The notes under the pieces are model-generated. The model made no database searches and was not told the DNA's origin. It was given only the letters and a program-made list of their open reading frames with translations. This document shows positions 47,664-57,792 of a stretch of 64,000 nt of DNA, piece after piece. Positions within the stretch are counted from its first letter, which is position 1, and each line of letters opens with the position of its first letter. A program made the position numbers and the translations under genes. The stretch is taken from NCBI GenBank assembly GCA_963830625.1, contig CAWHMZ010000020.1, positions 1-64,000 on the forward strand. Direction: 5' to 3'. The stretch comes from an uncultured Isosphaeraceae bacterium (lineage in GTDB: Bacteria > Planctomycetota > Planctomycetia > Isosphaerales > Isosphaeraceae).

Positions 47664-50600
47664 ATGAAACGGTTCGGGTGGAAGATTGGCTTGATCGTCG
47701 GGTCCACCTTGCTCGGTCTGATTTCGATGTGGCCGCCGAAGCAGAGGCTCAAGCTGGGCATCGATCTCTCGGGGGGGACGATCCTGGTTTACGAAGTCGA
47801 CCGCAAGAACGTGCCGACCGGCTTCAACATGGACGAGCTGATCTCGGCGCTCAAGAAACGCGCCGATCCCGAGGGCGTCAAGGAAATCCCGATCCGCAAG
47901 GTCGGCGGCAATCGCATCGAGATCATCCTTCCTCAGGCCAGCAACGAAGAGGTCGAGGAAGTCAAGAAGATGCTCACCGACGTGGGCTCACTCGAATTCC
48001 GCATCCTGGCCAATCGCAAGCACACACCCGAGGACGTGATCGCTCGCGCCCTGGGCGACCCCAAGATGAAGCCCCCTGCCCGCTACAAGTGGGCGCGGCT
48101 GGGCGAGATCTCGACCGGGACGAACCCAACGTTCACGAAAGACACGATCACCGATCTCCAGCAGTCGTGGAAGAAGGACCTCTACGCCGGCACGATCGTG
48201 CAATTGACCGGCAAGGATACGACGGGTACCGAACGGACCGAGATGGTCAAGGTCCGCCGCAACACCACCAACACGCTGATCCTCGACAAGCCGCACGGTC
48301 TCAAGTCGATCTCGTCCTATCGGGTCGTCTATAACCCGAGCGCCATTTCGCGCGGCGACCCGACCAATCCGCGCCCGGAAGACGTGATCATCCGGGAAGA
48401 GAAGGTCGATAACGGCCGGATCGAGACCTGGATCTTGTGCAATCTCGATCGACAGGGCCAGGAAGTCACCGGCAAATATTTGCGGCAGGTTCGCCCCGAC
48501 GTCGATGAGAGGCTTCAGCCGGCGGTCCGCTTCGAGTTTGATTCGCGGGGCGCGACCCGGTTCGCACGCCTGACGCGCGAGCACAAACCGGAAGAGGGCG
48601 GCAATTTTCGCTATCAACTGGCGATCCTGCTCGACAACCTGGTGATGTCGGCCCCGGCGATCAACTCGGAGATCCGCGACTCGGGAATCATCGAGGGGGG
48701 CCAGCAAGGGTTCAAGCCCAAGGAAGTCGAGCACTTGGTTCAGGTTCTCCGGGCCGGCAGTCTGCCCGCGAGCTTGAACCCCGATCCCTTGGTCGAGGAA
48801 AAAGTCGGCCCCACGCTCGGAGACGACACGATCGCCAAGGGACTGTTCGCGATCTGGGTTTCGCTCATGGTCGTTCCGATCTTCATGGTGATCTATTATC
48901 GCTTCGCGGGCGTCGTGGCGGTGGTCGCGCTCCTTGTGAACATGATCTTGCTCGTCGGTTCGATGGCCCAGATTCAAGCCACGTTTTCGCTGCCGGGGCT
49001 TGCCGGGCTGGCACTCACGATCGGCATGGCGGTGGACGCGAACGTGCTTGTCTTCGAGCGCATGCGCGAAGAGAAAGAACGCGGCGCCAGCCTGGCCCAG
49101 CAGATCCGCAACGGGTTCAACCGAGCGTGGGTCACGATCTTCGACTCGCACGTCACCAATTTTCTGGCGGCGCTCGTGCTCTTCGTCGTCGGGACCGAGG
49201 AGGTCAAGGGATTCGCCCTGACGATGATCATCGGCATGGCCTGGAACTTGTTCACGGCCGTGTTCATGTCGCGCGTGATCTTCGAGTATTGCTATGCCCG
49301 CGGCTGGCTCAAGAACGTGACGATGCTCAAGATGCTCGGCAAGACCAACATCGACTTCATCGGCCCGCGCTACATCTGCATGGCGGTCTCGCTCGTCTTG
49401 ATCGTCGCCGGGCTGGTCGCCAGCGCGGTTCGCAACAAGGGAATGTTCAATATCGACTTCACCGGCGGCACGCTGGTGACGATCAGGCTCAACGAGAACG
49501 ATCCGACCGTCGCGCGCTTGAACGAGTCGCAGCGAGCACAGCTCGTACGCCAGAAGGCGAGCGTATTACCCGACGTGACCGTTGAGAGCCTGCGGATCGG
49601 CGACGACAAGAACGTGACGCGGTTCAACATCCGCACCACCGCCGACAAGATCGATACGGTCAGGGACGCGATCTTGGCGTCGTTCGGTACCAGCCTGTCG
49701 CAGGTCGAGATGACTGCTGGCGAAGGCCGGCCCATTGCGGCCGCACCCGCGCCCGCGGGAGGAGAAGCCGGCAAAACGGCGGCCTCCGCGGCGCAGCGGT
49801 TTGCCGGCGGCCGCGAATACGTGTTGGGCTTCAATACGGCCGCCTTCCCCACTGGCGAACCCCCCGCGCAAGTCGTCTCGGCGCTCTTCACCAAGGTGCT
49901 CGAAGAAGACAAGATCGCCAACGCCAGCGCGCGGTTCGTGATCATCCCGAGCACTGATCGGAGCGGTGCCGCCACCGAGGCATCAACAACCCAGCAGGGC
50001 GCAGCGACCGAGCTCATCCTCCGAACCGATCTCGAGCCCGAAGTCACCAAGGCCGAGCTGGCCAAGCTCAAGGAGCGACTGGCCAACGATAAAGACCTCC
50101 TCTTCGAGCGCATCACCAACTTCGGCGGGACAGTCGCCGCCGAGACCCGGGTTCTCGCCTTGATCGCCACGGTGGCGAGCTGGATCATCATCATCGCCTA
50201 CCTCTGGTGGCGGTTCCACTCGTTCACTTACGGGCTTGCCGCCGTGCTAGCCGTGGTTCACGATGTCTTGATCACGCTGGGCGCGATCGCTTTTAGCTAC
50301 TGGCTCGCCAAGGTGCCGGGCTTGAGCACTCTGCTTCAGATCGATCAATTCAAGATCGACTTACCGATTGTGGCGGCGTTCCTGACTCTGATCGGTTTCT
50401 CGGTCAACGACACCATCGTGATTTTCGACCGAATCCGCGAAATCAAGGGGAAGACCCCTCAACTGACGAACAAGATGGTCAACGATGCGCTCAACCAGAC
50501 GTTGAGCCGAACCATACTCACATCGTTCACCGCCTGGCTGGTCGTGGTCATTCTCTACTTCTTCGGCGGGGAGGGGCTGCACGGCTTTGCCTTTGCCCTG

Positions 50601-50723
50601 GTCGTCGGTTTCTTGAGCGGCACCTACAGCACGGTCTACATCGCGACGCCGATCTTGATCGACTGGGTGGCCAACAAGCCTGAGCCCGCGAAGGCCGGCA
50701 AGAAACTGGCCTCGGTGCGCTGA
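47664..50723 (+). CDS. secDF: Protein translocase subunit SecDF (fused SecD-SecF), intact 1019 aa.
   Basis: A single uninterrupted ORF with SecD and SecF TM blocks (...GLALTIGMAVDANVLVFERMREE...; ...AVVHDVLITLGAIAFSYW...GFSVNDTIVIFDRIRE...). Confidence 0.9.
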   Translation: MKRFGWKIGLIVGSTLLGLISMWPPKQRLKLGIDLSGGTILVYEVDRKNVPTGFNMDELISALKKRADPEGVKEIPIRKVGGNRIEIILPQASNEEVEEVKKMLTDVGSLEFRILANRKHTPEDVIARALGDPKMKPPARYKWARLGEISTGTNPTFTKDTITDLQQSWKKDLYAGTIVQLTGKDTTGTERTEMVKVRRNTTNTLILDKPHGLKSISSYRVVYNPSAISRGDPTNPRPEDVIIREEKVDNGRIETWILCNLDRQGQEVTGKYLRQVRPDVDERLQPAVRFEFDSRGATRFARLTREHKPEEGGNFRYQLAILLDNLVMSAPAINSEIRDSGIIEGGQQGFKPKEVEHLVQVLRAGSLPASLNPDPLVEEKVGPTLGDDTIAKGLFAIWVSLMVVPIFMVIYYRFAGVVAVVALLVNMILLVGSMAQIQATFSLPGLAGLALTIGMAVDANVLVFERMREEKERGASLAQQIRNGFNRAWVTIFDSHVTNFLAALVLFVVGTEEVKGFALTMIIGMAWNLFTAVFMSRVIFEYCYARGWLKNVTMLKMLGKTNIDFIGPRYICMAVSLVLIVAGLVASAVRNKGMFNIDFTGGTLVTIRLNENDPTVARLNESQRAQLVRQKASVLPDVTVESLRIGDDKNVTRFNIRTTADKIDTVRDAILASFGTSLSQVEMTAGEGRPIAAAPAPAGGEAGKTAASAAQRFAGGREYVLGFNTAAFPTGEPPAQVVSALFTKVLEEDKIANASARFVIIPSTDRSGAATEASTTQQGAATELILRTDLEPEVTKAELAKLKERLANDKDLLFERITNFGGTVAAETRVLALIATVASWIIIIAYLWWRFHSFTYGLAAVLAVVHDVLITLGAIAFSYWLAKVPGLSTLLQIDQFKIDLPIVAAFLTLIGFSVNDTIVIFDRIREIKGKTPQLTNKMVNDALNQTLSRTILTSFTAWLVVVILYFFGGEGLHGFAFALVVGFLSGTYSTVYIATPILIDWVANKPEPAKAGKKLASVR

Positions 50724-50800
50724 TCTGCCGCGCCGATCGAGCGCATCGCGTCGCACGGCGTCGATCCGGTTCGACACCGTGCGTCGCGACGCCGCGTCGA

Positions 50801-51625
50801 TCAGAGTCTCAGGACCTGTCCACCGAAAAGCCGAGTGCGGCGGTTGTCGACTTCCAAGCACAGCGCCCCTTCGGCGTCGATTCCCCGGCCCCATCCCGCC
50901 ACGATCGATGCGCCCAGGTCGACCGTCACCCAGCGATCGCGGAGATGATCGAGTTGCTCCCACCGCTTTGCAAGCGATGCATCATCGCTCGCCAACTGGA
51001 CCAACACAGACTCGAGGCGCGTCAAGATCGCCGTCAAGAATTGCGGTATCAATTCTTCAGAAAGCGGTTCGTCTCGAAGCTCAGCCAGTGAGACCGCCAT
51101 TCTGCGAACCTCCGCGGGCGCGCCGCCAAGATCACTCAGCACGTTCAGCCCGATGCCGATGAGCAGCCGGCGTCCCCGCTCGGTCTCGATCTGCTCGGAC
51201 AAGATGCCGCCGAGCTTGCCACCGGCGGCCTCGAGATCGTTGGGCCACCGGATTCCGATTGACGGCACCGCCAACGCCAGATCGCCAAGCGCGTCAATGA
51301 TTGCCACGGCCGTCGCGAGTGCGATCCGCGGCTCATGCACCAGAGAAAGGCCGTACAACTGCGGGTCGATGGCCACGGTGAAGGTCAAGCTTCCGCGGTC
51401 GGACCACCACCGGCGACTGCCTCGCCCCCGTCCCCGCGACTGGCTTCTGGCCCAGACCAGAAGCGGCAAAGCGGGACCGCCATCCAGCACCAGTTCGCGC
51501 GCGCGGTCACTCGTTGAATCGACGTCGTCGTCGATCACCGTCGTCCGAACAAACGGCCAGCCGAATTCATGGTCCATGGAAAAGGAACAGGCAACCCACC
51601 CCTGATTGTGATCGCAAGCCTGCAC
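50801..51625 (-). CDS. birA: Biotin--[acetyl-CoA-carboxylase] ligase.
   Basis: IRWPNDLEAAGGKLGGILSE and the overall BPL_LplA_LipB pattern. The N-terminal extent is uncertain (the likely start is MDHEFGW at about 51577). Confidence 0.7.
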   Translation of the reverse strand: MQACDHNQGWVACSFSMDHEFGWPFVRTTVIDDDVDSTSDRARELVLDGGPALPLLVWARSQSRGRGRGSRRWWSDRGSLTFTVAIDPQLYGLSLVHEPRIALATAVAIIDALGDLALAVPSIGIRWPNDLEAAGGKLGGILSEQIETERGRRLLIGIGLNVLSDLGGAPAEVRRMAVSLAELRDEPLSEELIPQFLTAILTRLESVLVQLASDDASLAKRWEQLDHLRDRWVTVDLGASIVAGWGRGIDAEGALCLEVDNRRTRLFGGQVLRL

Positions 51626-51661
51626 GCGTCGGCGACCGGTCGTCGGCTCGCGTGCATTGGT

Positions 51662-52810
51662 TCATGAAGCGGCCAGCCCAAGAGGCGCCGTGCCAGCGGC
51701 CGAATCGCCGATTCGCGGCGCCTCCGGAACGCTCGGCAAGCGATAGAGCCCGGCGAGGCTGACTGCGAGCACGACCAGCACGATCACGATGGTTGCGATT
51801 GTTAGAGGGGCCAGCGCGATGGCGAACACGAACAACACCAGGGTGAGCCGCGTGAGCCCGCGCTTGGAGCGGTCGCTCAGTCCCCCGTGTTCTTCCCACT
51901 CGGTCAGAATGGGGCCGAAGAACGACGACCGGCGCAGCTGCGCGTTCATCTCGGACGAGGACCGCGCGAGGAAGTAGCTCGTCGCGAGCAAGAACGGGAC
52001 CGTGGGAATGCCTGGCACCACAAGCCCCACGATCGTCATCACCGCGGAGGTGCCCGCCAGGCAGAGGTACATGAATCGGTTCGCCCAAGGGGCGACCTCC
52101 GCGCTTACCCTTCTGGCGAGGAATCCGGTCGCGCTTGGGGCCGGCGCACATGCATCGACTTCCTCGAAGATCCGTTCCAGCTCGTCCCAGAACGTGCTTG
52201 AGATCTCACTCGCCCGCTGTAGCTCGATTGCGATCCGATCGGGCTTTGGCAGAATTCGGCAGCTCTTGACCTGTTGCAGGCCCAGCAGTGCCTCGGCCAC
52301 GCGGGCTTGCCGGTCGGGGCTCGCGGCGAGCTTGCCATTCCGCAGCCCGAACTGACCTGGCTCGGCTTCGAGGGTTTCCCAGAGAGAAACCTCTCCCTGC
52401 AGTGGATACGCATGCAAGGTCAGCCACTCCGTTTCGGCCGGGCGACCAAACACACGCGCCGCGCCGCTCGGTAGCCCCGCTTGGCGGACCAAATCGGCGA
52501 ACGTCTCGGCGATGTCGTGAGCGCCGAGACTCCCCGCGTCGAAATCGATCTGGCACGATGCCGAAGCCAGATCGACTTCCCCCTTCCGAACACTCGGCCG
52601 GCGTACCGCGGCCTCGACCAATCGCCGGCAAAACGGCCGCCTCTTGATGTTGATCAGTCGCGGGTCGCGAACCCGAATCAAGCCAGCCGATTCATCGATT
52701 TCGATGGAGGGCGCGACATGCGGGGAGTCGTTTTCTGTCTGGACAACATGCTCCGCTGCCGCAAGGTTCGTCGTTTTGGACTTGCGCACGTGATTCTCCG
52801 CACCAGGCAT
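51662..52810 (-). CDS. Membrane protein with a C-terminal DUF454/YbaN-like domain and an N-terminal extension of unknown function.
   Basis: ...LVVPGIPTVPFLLATSYFLARSSSEMNAQLRRSSFFGPILTEWEEHGGLSDRSKRGL..., followed by TM helices. Confidence 0.55.
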   Translation of the reverse strand: MPGAENHVRKSKTTNLAAAEHVVQTENDSPHVAPSIEIDESAGLIRVRDPRLINIKRRPFCRRLVEAAVRRPSVRKGEVDLASASCQIDFDAGSLGAHDIAETFADLVRQAGLPSGAARVFGRPAETEWLTLHAYPLQGEVSLWETLEAEPGQFGLRNGKLAASPDRQARVAEALLGLQQVKSCRILPKPDRIAIELQRASEISSTFWDELERIFEEVDACAPAPSATGFLARRVSAEVAPWANRFMYLCLAGTSAVMTIVGLVVPGIPTVPFLLATSYFLARSSSEMNAQLRRSSFFGPILTEWEEHGGLSDRSKRGLTRLTLVLFVFAIALAPLTIATIVIVLVVLAVSLAGLYRLPSVPEAPRIGDSAAGTAPLGLAAS

Positions 52811-53064
52811 CGCGAAATCGAGCGTCCTTAGTCTTCCTCATTGTCACCAATATTTGCCGTACTTCGCCAGTCTTCACTGGTCTCCCAAGGCCTCATCGCC
52901 TCTGGCGGCCGATCACAGCACGCACTTTGTTGTCGCGGGGGCCGCGCCGTCGAGCCGCGGTCGCCACGGCAAAGTGGTGGCTCGCCGAGCGTATTGTGCT
53001 GAGACAGCTTAAGATTCGTGGCGGGCTTGCTCGAAGCGCCGATCGGACGCTAGATTTGAGGAAG

Positions 53065-53137
53065 GCGCCCGTAGCTCAATGGATAGAGTCGCGGACTTCG
53101 AATCCGAAGGTTGTAGGTTCGAATCCTACCGGGCGCG
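53065..53137 (+). tRNA. tRNA-Arg (anticodon TCG).
   Basis: Manually folded. 7-bp acceptor stem GCGCCCG/CGGGCGC. D-arm with GG. Anticodon stem CGGA/TCCG with loop CTTCGAA (U33, anticodon TCG, A37). T-arm GTAGG-TTCGAAT-CCTAC. Discriminator G. A promoter-like TTGCTC-17-TAGATT lies upstream. Confidence 0.85.
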
Positions 53138-53429
53138 TTTGGCGGCAGACCAGCAAGACGATCGTGGTGCTTGAAAAAGCCGTACTAGGATCCCAGCAAG
53201 ACGCCAAGGCCAGAGACGCCCAGATCGCCAAGATGATGGCAACCCTTGAGGCAATGGAAAGCAACCGCAAGACAATGCCCCATTGACCGTTCGCGAGCCT
53301 CCCACAGCGTCTGCCGGCCGACATGCCGGTTGTAGGGCATTTTTCGCGCGGGCGCTTTATGCGTCGAAGATTGGAGCCTATTGCAGCGCACTGGTAATTT
53401 TGGGCAGCGTTCGCGAACCGCCCACGTTT

Positions 53430-53850
53430 GGGTTGCGCCGCCGTCGTCGTCGTTTCGGAGCCCTCGGAGCGGGGCGACATCACGTAGCCTGCGGTGTGAA
53501 CCGCAGGTCAGGTTGCGAATCGCTGGCATTTGGGTTGCGCCGCCGTCGTTTCGGAGCCCCCGGAGCGGGGCGACATCACGTAGCCTGCGCTGTGAACCGC
53601 AGGTCTGGCATTTGTGTTGCGTCGTCGTCGTTTCGGAGCCCGCGGAGCGGGGCGACATCACGTAGCCTGCGGTGTGAACCGCAGGTGTGGCATTTGTGTT
53701 TTGTCGTCGTTTCGGAGCCCGCGGAGCCGGGCGACATCGCGTAGCCTGCGGTGTGAACCGCAGGTGTGGCATTTGTGTTTTGTCGTCGTTTCGGAGCCCG
53801 CGGAGCGGTGCGACATCACGTAGCCTGCGGTGTGAACCGCAGGTCAGCCG
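53430..53850. repeat. Five tandem copies of an ~82-bp unit. Each contains the hairpin CCTGCGG-TGTGAA-CCGCAGG (7-bp stem, 6-nt loop).
   Basis: Units start at about 53430, 53525, 53606, 53691 and 53768. A conserved ~62-nt core (cgtcgtttcggagccc.cggagcggggcgacatcacgtagcctgcggtgtgaaccgcaggt) plus an ~20-nt variable head (tggcatttgtgtt...). Confidence 0.85.
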
Positions 53851-53957
53851 GACGTCATCCGATCCCCGCCGAGATCGCGCGTTCACGGCCGCGGATCGAC
53901 CCGGCGTATGCCATGGGCGGAAAGCGCACCCATCCCCGCCCTAAAACATGTTTTCCT

Positions 53958-54088
53958 ACATACAATATGCGGCCTTTTCTGATTTTCTCTAACGCGTCTC
54001 AGCCGAAAAGCGTGCAATGCCATGCTGGAAGTGATTGGCCGCTCTCGGGATACTTTTTTTTGACTAAAAATAATTCGGAACCATTTTA
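53958..54088. repeat. ~130-bp direct repeat, left copy (right copy at 56024-56152). AT-richer. Contains TTGACT...ATTTTAAC, which looks like a promoter.
   Basis: About 88% identity between the copies (ctacatacaatatgcggcc...gggatacttttttttga.taa.aaaata..gaaccatttt). Confidence 0.8.
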
Positions 54089-54234
54089 ACGCCGGCCGCG
54101 GCCCGTTTGGCAGCTCCTTCGAGAAAGTGGTGAGTAGAAAGTAGACCGCAGCAGAGCGGGCGACGGTCTCGGCAAAGAAAGTAGAAAGGAGTGAGTAGAC
54201 CGCAGGAGAGCGGGCTGGCCTGCTCCCCAAAAAT

Positions 54235-55482
54235 TGGTCCGGCCGAAATGAGAGTCTCCCGGTAGGATGAGCCACGGAGGGACTCATGAGAAGGCGAAGG
54301 ACCGCCGAGGAAGTGGCACGCTTGCTGCGTGAAGCCGACCACGACCTGGCCAAGGGACTGACAGTCTCTGACATCTGCCGCAAGCAGGGCTTTGCCCAGG
54401 CTACCTATTACAAGTGGCGGCAGCGGCAGGCGCCCGGCCAGGATGCTACCGATCGCCGCTGCCGCGAGCTGGAAGGCGAGCTCGACCGCCTCAAGAGGCT
54501 GGTGGCTGATTTGCTCCTGGACAAGGCGATGCTCCAGGAGATCGCAAAAAAAAAGTGGTGACACCTAACGAGCAACGAACCGCCGCGGATTTCCTGGGAG
54601 AGCACTTCGGGGTCTCTCAGCGGCGGGCGTGCCGTGTGATGGATCGCTCTCGCTCGACCTTGCGGTATCGCCGCAAGCGCCGGGCTGACGAGCCGGCATT
54701 GAGCCGGGAGATGAAACGCTTGGCGCGTCGGCATCCGCGTTACGGGTACCGGCGAATCCATGCCCTCCTGCTCCGGCGTGGCTGGTCGGTCAACCTCAAA
54801 CGGGTGCGGCGGCTCTGGAATGAGCTGGGACTGCGTTGACCGTTGAGGCTGAGAAAAACGAGAAAACTGGGCCCCAAACCGGGGGTCAGCGCCAACAGTT
54901 GCGTCCAGCAACCGGCGAAGTTCAAGAACGACGTTTGGACCTGCGACTTCATCCACGATCGGACCGCCAGCGGTCGTCCTCTCAAGTGGTTGACGCTGGT
55001 GGACGAATATACTCGGGAGTGCCTGGTCCTGCACCCAGCCGAGTCGATAAGGGGAGCTGATGTTCGTCGGATCTTGGCCCGGGTGATCGGTCGTCGCGGG
55101 GCGCCGACCCGCATCAGAAGCGACAACGGATCGGAATTCATTTGCGAGGCTTTGGTGGGTTGGCTGCCAAGGGCGGGGGCCGACCCAATCCCGGTGGCAC
55201 CAGGAAGCCCTTGGGAGAACGGATATATCGAGTCATTCCACAGTCGGTTGCGCGACGAGTTCCTAGAGCGGGTAGAATTCGAGGACGTCGCGGACGCTCG
55301 AGCAAAGGGGGCCTGGTACCGGCGGGAATACAACGCGGTGCGGCCGCACAGTTCGTTGTCGTATGCGACGCCGAACGAATTCAGTGCAGCCTGCGATCGG
55401 AAGGAGAATCGGAAAAGGCTTGTTGCATAGTGACAAGTTGATCTGCACAGTCGTTGAACGAACTCTCATTAGCCGTGGACCA
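54235..55482 (+). mobile_element. IS3-family insertion sequence. orfA is 54286..54561. orfB (DDE/rve) is 54555..55430 and carries an in-frame TGA at about 54836-54838. Slippery A9G site at 54546-54555. Terminal IRs TGGTCCGGCCGAAATGAGAG / CTCTCATTAGCCGTGGACCA.
   Basis: OrfA has an HTH and a leucine zipper (...LKRLVADLLLDKAMLQEIAKKKW*). OrfB has ...VWTCDFIHDRTASGRPLKWLTLVDEYTRECL...RIRSDNGSEF...PGSPWENGYIESFHSRLRDE.... The ends are TG...CA. The element sits between inverted tandem sub-repeats at 54100-54220 and 55500-55620. Confidence 0.85.
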
Positions 55483-56023
55483 AAAAACGGGTGCAGCCCA
55501 GGGCGGCGGCTTCCTTGCTCTCCTCACTACTTTCTCAGCTCTCCTGCTCTATTTTTCGGCCCGTGGCCGAAAAATGGTCTCCTTACTACTTTCTCCGCTC
55601 TCCTGCTCTATTGCCGCTTCGCGGCAATTGTCAAGTTCCGAAATAGCGGCGGAATCTGGCGTAAATTGAATCGACTCCTGCACTTCTGTGCTCCTCTTGG
55701 TTTCATCGAAATTGGCTTCGTTCGTCGCATTTTCGTCGATTTCGGCGATCGCGATCATGTCGTCGCGGTGCTGGTGCACGCTGTCTGCATCAATGGCGGC
55801 GGCGCTAGCGATTGACAGACGCCCTTCTTTTGCACGATTGGAAGCCACGGACGCGCGTGGTTTGTAAGGCCGTCTATACCATTGATGAGTGGCCGCCGGC
55901 AAACGCCGTCAAGCGATGGGTCTGTGAAATTCTGCTCGATTGGATTTGCTCGATTGCTGATGTGGCTGTTCAAGGGCTCCGCCGTTCGTCGGCGGATCGC
56001 GGCAGGCGTCGCGCGCGCGTTCT

Positions 56024-56152
56024 ACATACAATATGCGGCCTTTTTCTATTTTCTCTAACGCGACCAAGCCGAAAACTGTGCAATGCTATGCTGGAAGTGA
56101 TTGGCGGTTCTCGGGATACTTTTTTTTGAATAAGAAAAATAGCGAACCATTT
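56024..56152. repeat. ~130-bp direct repeat, right copy.
   Basis: See 53958-54088. Confidence 0.8.
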
Positions 56153-56543
56153 TGCGCACTGCACGTCGCCTTTATGCACTTACTGCGATCTCGGGTTTGT
56201 CGAGTAACTCATTCCGTTTTGAGATCTGCAAATCCGTCGGGTCCGGCTGTAGCGGTTCTGCGGGCGCGATCCGCCGCGCAGCTCGCGATTTCAAACCGAG
56301 ACACTACCCGCCGGCCGTTTCGGCAAATCGGGCGCATGTGCCCTATCGCCGTTGACGCGCGGTGGGCGCGCGATCACAAGGCGCGTTCAATAGAAGGTTA
56401 CAATTCGGGGTGGCTGGGATCGACGCCCGCGGGTTCTTTTTGGTGTCTTTCGCTCCGCGAAAAAACGGGCTTTCGCGGAGCGAAAAGGCGACTTTCGAGT
56501 CCGACTCGGGCGGGATCTACTCGCAGGTTGGGTTCATCGATCA

Positions 56544-57407
56544 TCACCAATAGTCTTCAAAGCGCCGGTTCTCCAAGACTGCCCGGAACTTGTCCCGCAT
56601 CTTGGGACTGAACGATCTGTCCTTGGCAAGTGTTTCAAAGCCCTCTTTGATCAATTCCAAGGGCATGGAGGACAAGACCTTGATCACTTCCCCCAGATAA
56701 CGGCGAGTGGTATTGGAACTTGTGACTCGCTTCAGCTCGCCGAACAGGAGGTCGGCACAAGGCTTGGTATGCATGCCCGTCAATGCCGCAACGATCTTGA
56801 TGCGTTTTTCCCAAAGGAGCTGAGCATCGTCGTCCTTCGATGCAGAGCGGATCTCAGTCGCTTCGAATCGAAATCACCGCCAGTTATTTGACCAGTACGT
56901 GTAGTCAGAGATCAGCCGGTAGTTCGGGTCTTTCTTTTTGAGCTCGATTGCTTCGAGCGGGAACTCGATCTCTTCGTCGTCATCAATCCCAATGCCGTAA
57001 AGCGGGCATTCCGCATCGAATTCCTCGGCTACGGGAGGGTCCAGCCTGGAGATCGGAACGAGCACCTTTTTGCTGGAGAACGGGCCGGATTTCGCCCAGT
57101 AGGACGCGAAGAACGGGAACTTCAGGGTCGCGGCCAAGTAGCGGTAGTAGGTCATCAGCGTCTCGGGCGAGACATCGGGCAGCGAGTCATCGTGGGTCAA
57201 GCCGAGGGCCATACGGACACGATCGTCTTGGTCGTTCTCCGACAACGGCCGGGTCTTGATCTCGGTCGGTTGCTCGATTGGGACTGTGCGCTCGTCGTCG
57301 GGCTCGATGTTGACTCGAACCTTCGCACCGGTCTGCAAACTCACGACGCGGGACGGTTTCGTGGGGCTTGGCATGACATGGTTATCCCTGGACACTGCGG
57401 CACGCAT
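56544..57407 (-). CDS. Hypothetical protein. A single reading frame with one internal TGA (56874-56876) separates a 177-aa part from a 79-aa part.
   Basis: Both ORFs (56874..57407 and 56544..56783) share a frame (coordinates congruent to 2 mod 3) and are separated only by TGA plus 29 sense codons. Lower-GC codon usage. No recognised domain. Confidence 0.4.
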
Positions 57408-57792
57408 GCGGGAGCGTGGCGATCAACCTGACGTTCCAAGAAATCTCGAAGGAATAACCGCTCCGTCGCAACGTCTGGCAATCGTCTTGCTCATGGCAAC
57501 CACCACCAGATTGATGAGCGCCGCCAGCACTGGTGATGACATCATGCCTAATTTCAGGACCGCGCTCAAGCTCGCACGACAAACTCCAATCCTCGAAGCG
57601 AACAGTCGGGGTTTTGTTCACAGTCTTCTTCGAGCAAGTTGATCCGGCAGGTTGCCCACAGCTCTCGGCCGATGCGGCATGCTGGTGCCAGACCTCGAAC
57701 CCGCCGAGGGTATCAGACCTATTTTCATGTTTTGTTAACACCACCCGGGTGGGCCCAACTCCTGCTACAGTCCGGCAAATGCTCGCGAACTC

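Noticed and set aside
52927-53286. ORF 52927..53286 on the plus strand
   Set aside because: It runs straight through the tRNA-Arg gene.
53185-53886. 233-aa minus-strand ORF and the plus-strand ORFs across the 82-bp tandem repeat; also the possibility that the tandem array is a CRISPR array
   Set aside because: The ORFs exist only because a stop-free unit is repeated five times, so the peptides are periodic. It is not CRISPR: the units are contiguous (no unique spacers), and they are 82 bp long with only a short variable head.
56494-56515. ttcgagtccgactcgggcggga resembling a tRNA T-arm and acceptor 3' half (candidate att remnant)
   Set aside because: The T-stem does not pair (ggcga versus tccga...), so it is not a clean tRNA fragment. 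A chance resemblance cannot be excluded.
55812-56611. Short ORFs in the AT-richer spacer between IS3 copy 1 and the right 130-bp direct repeat (55549..55902 on the minus strand, 55812..56129 on the plus strand, 56033..56611 on the plus strand)
   Set aside because: They overlap repeats and hairpins, and have no RBS or recognisable domain. Possibly one real small gene, but this cannot be supported.
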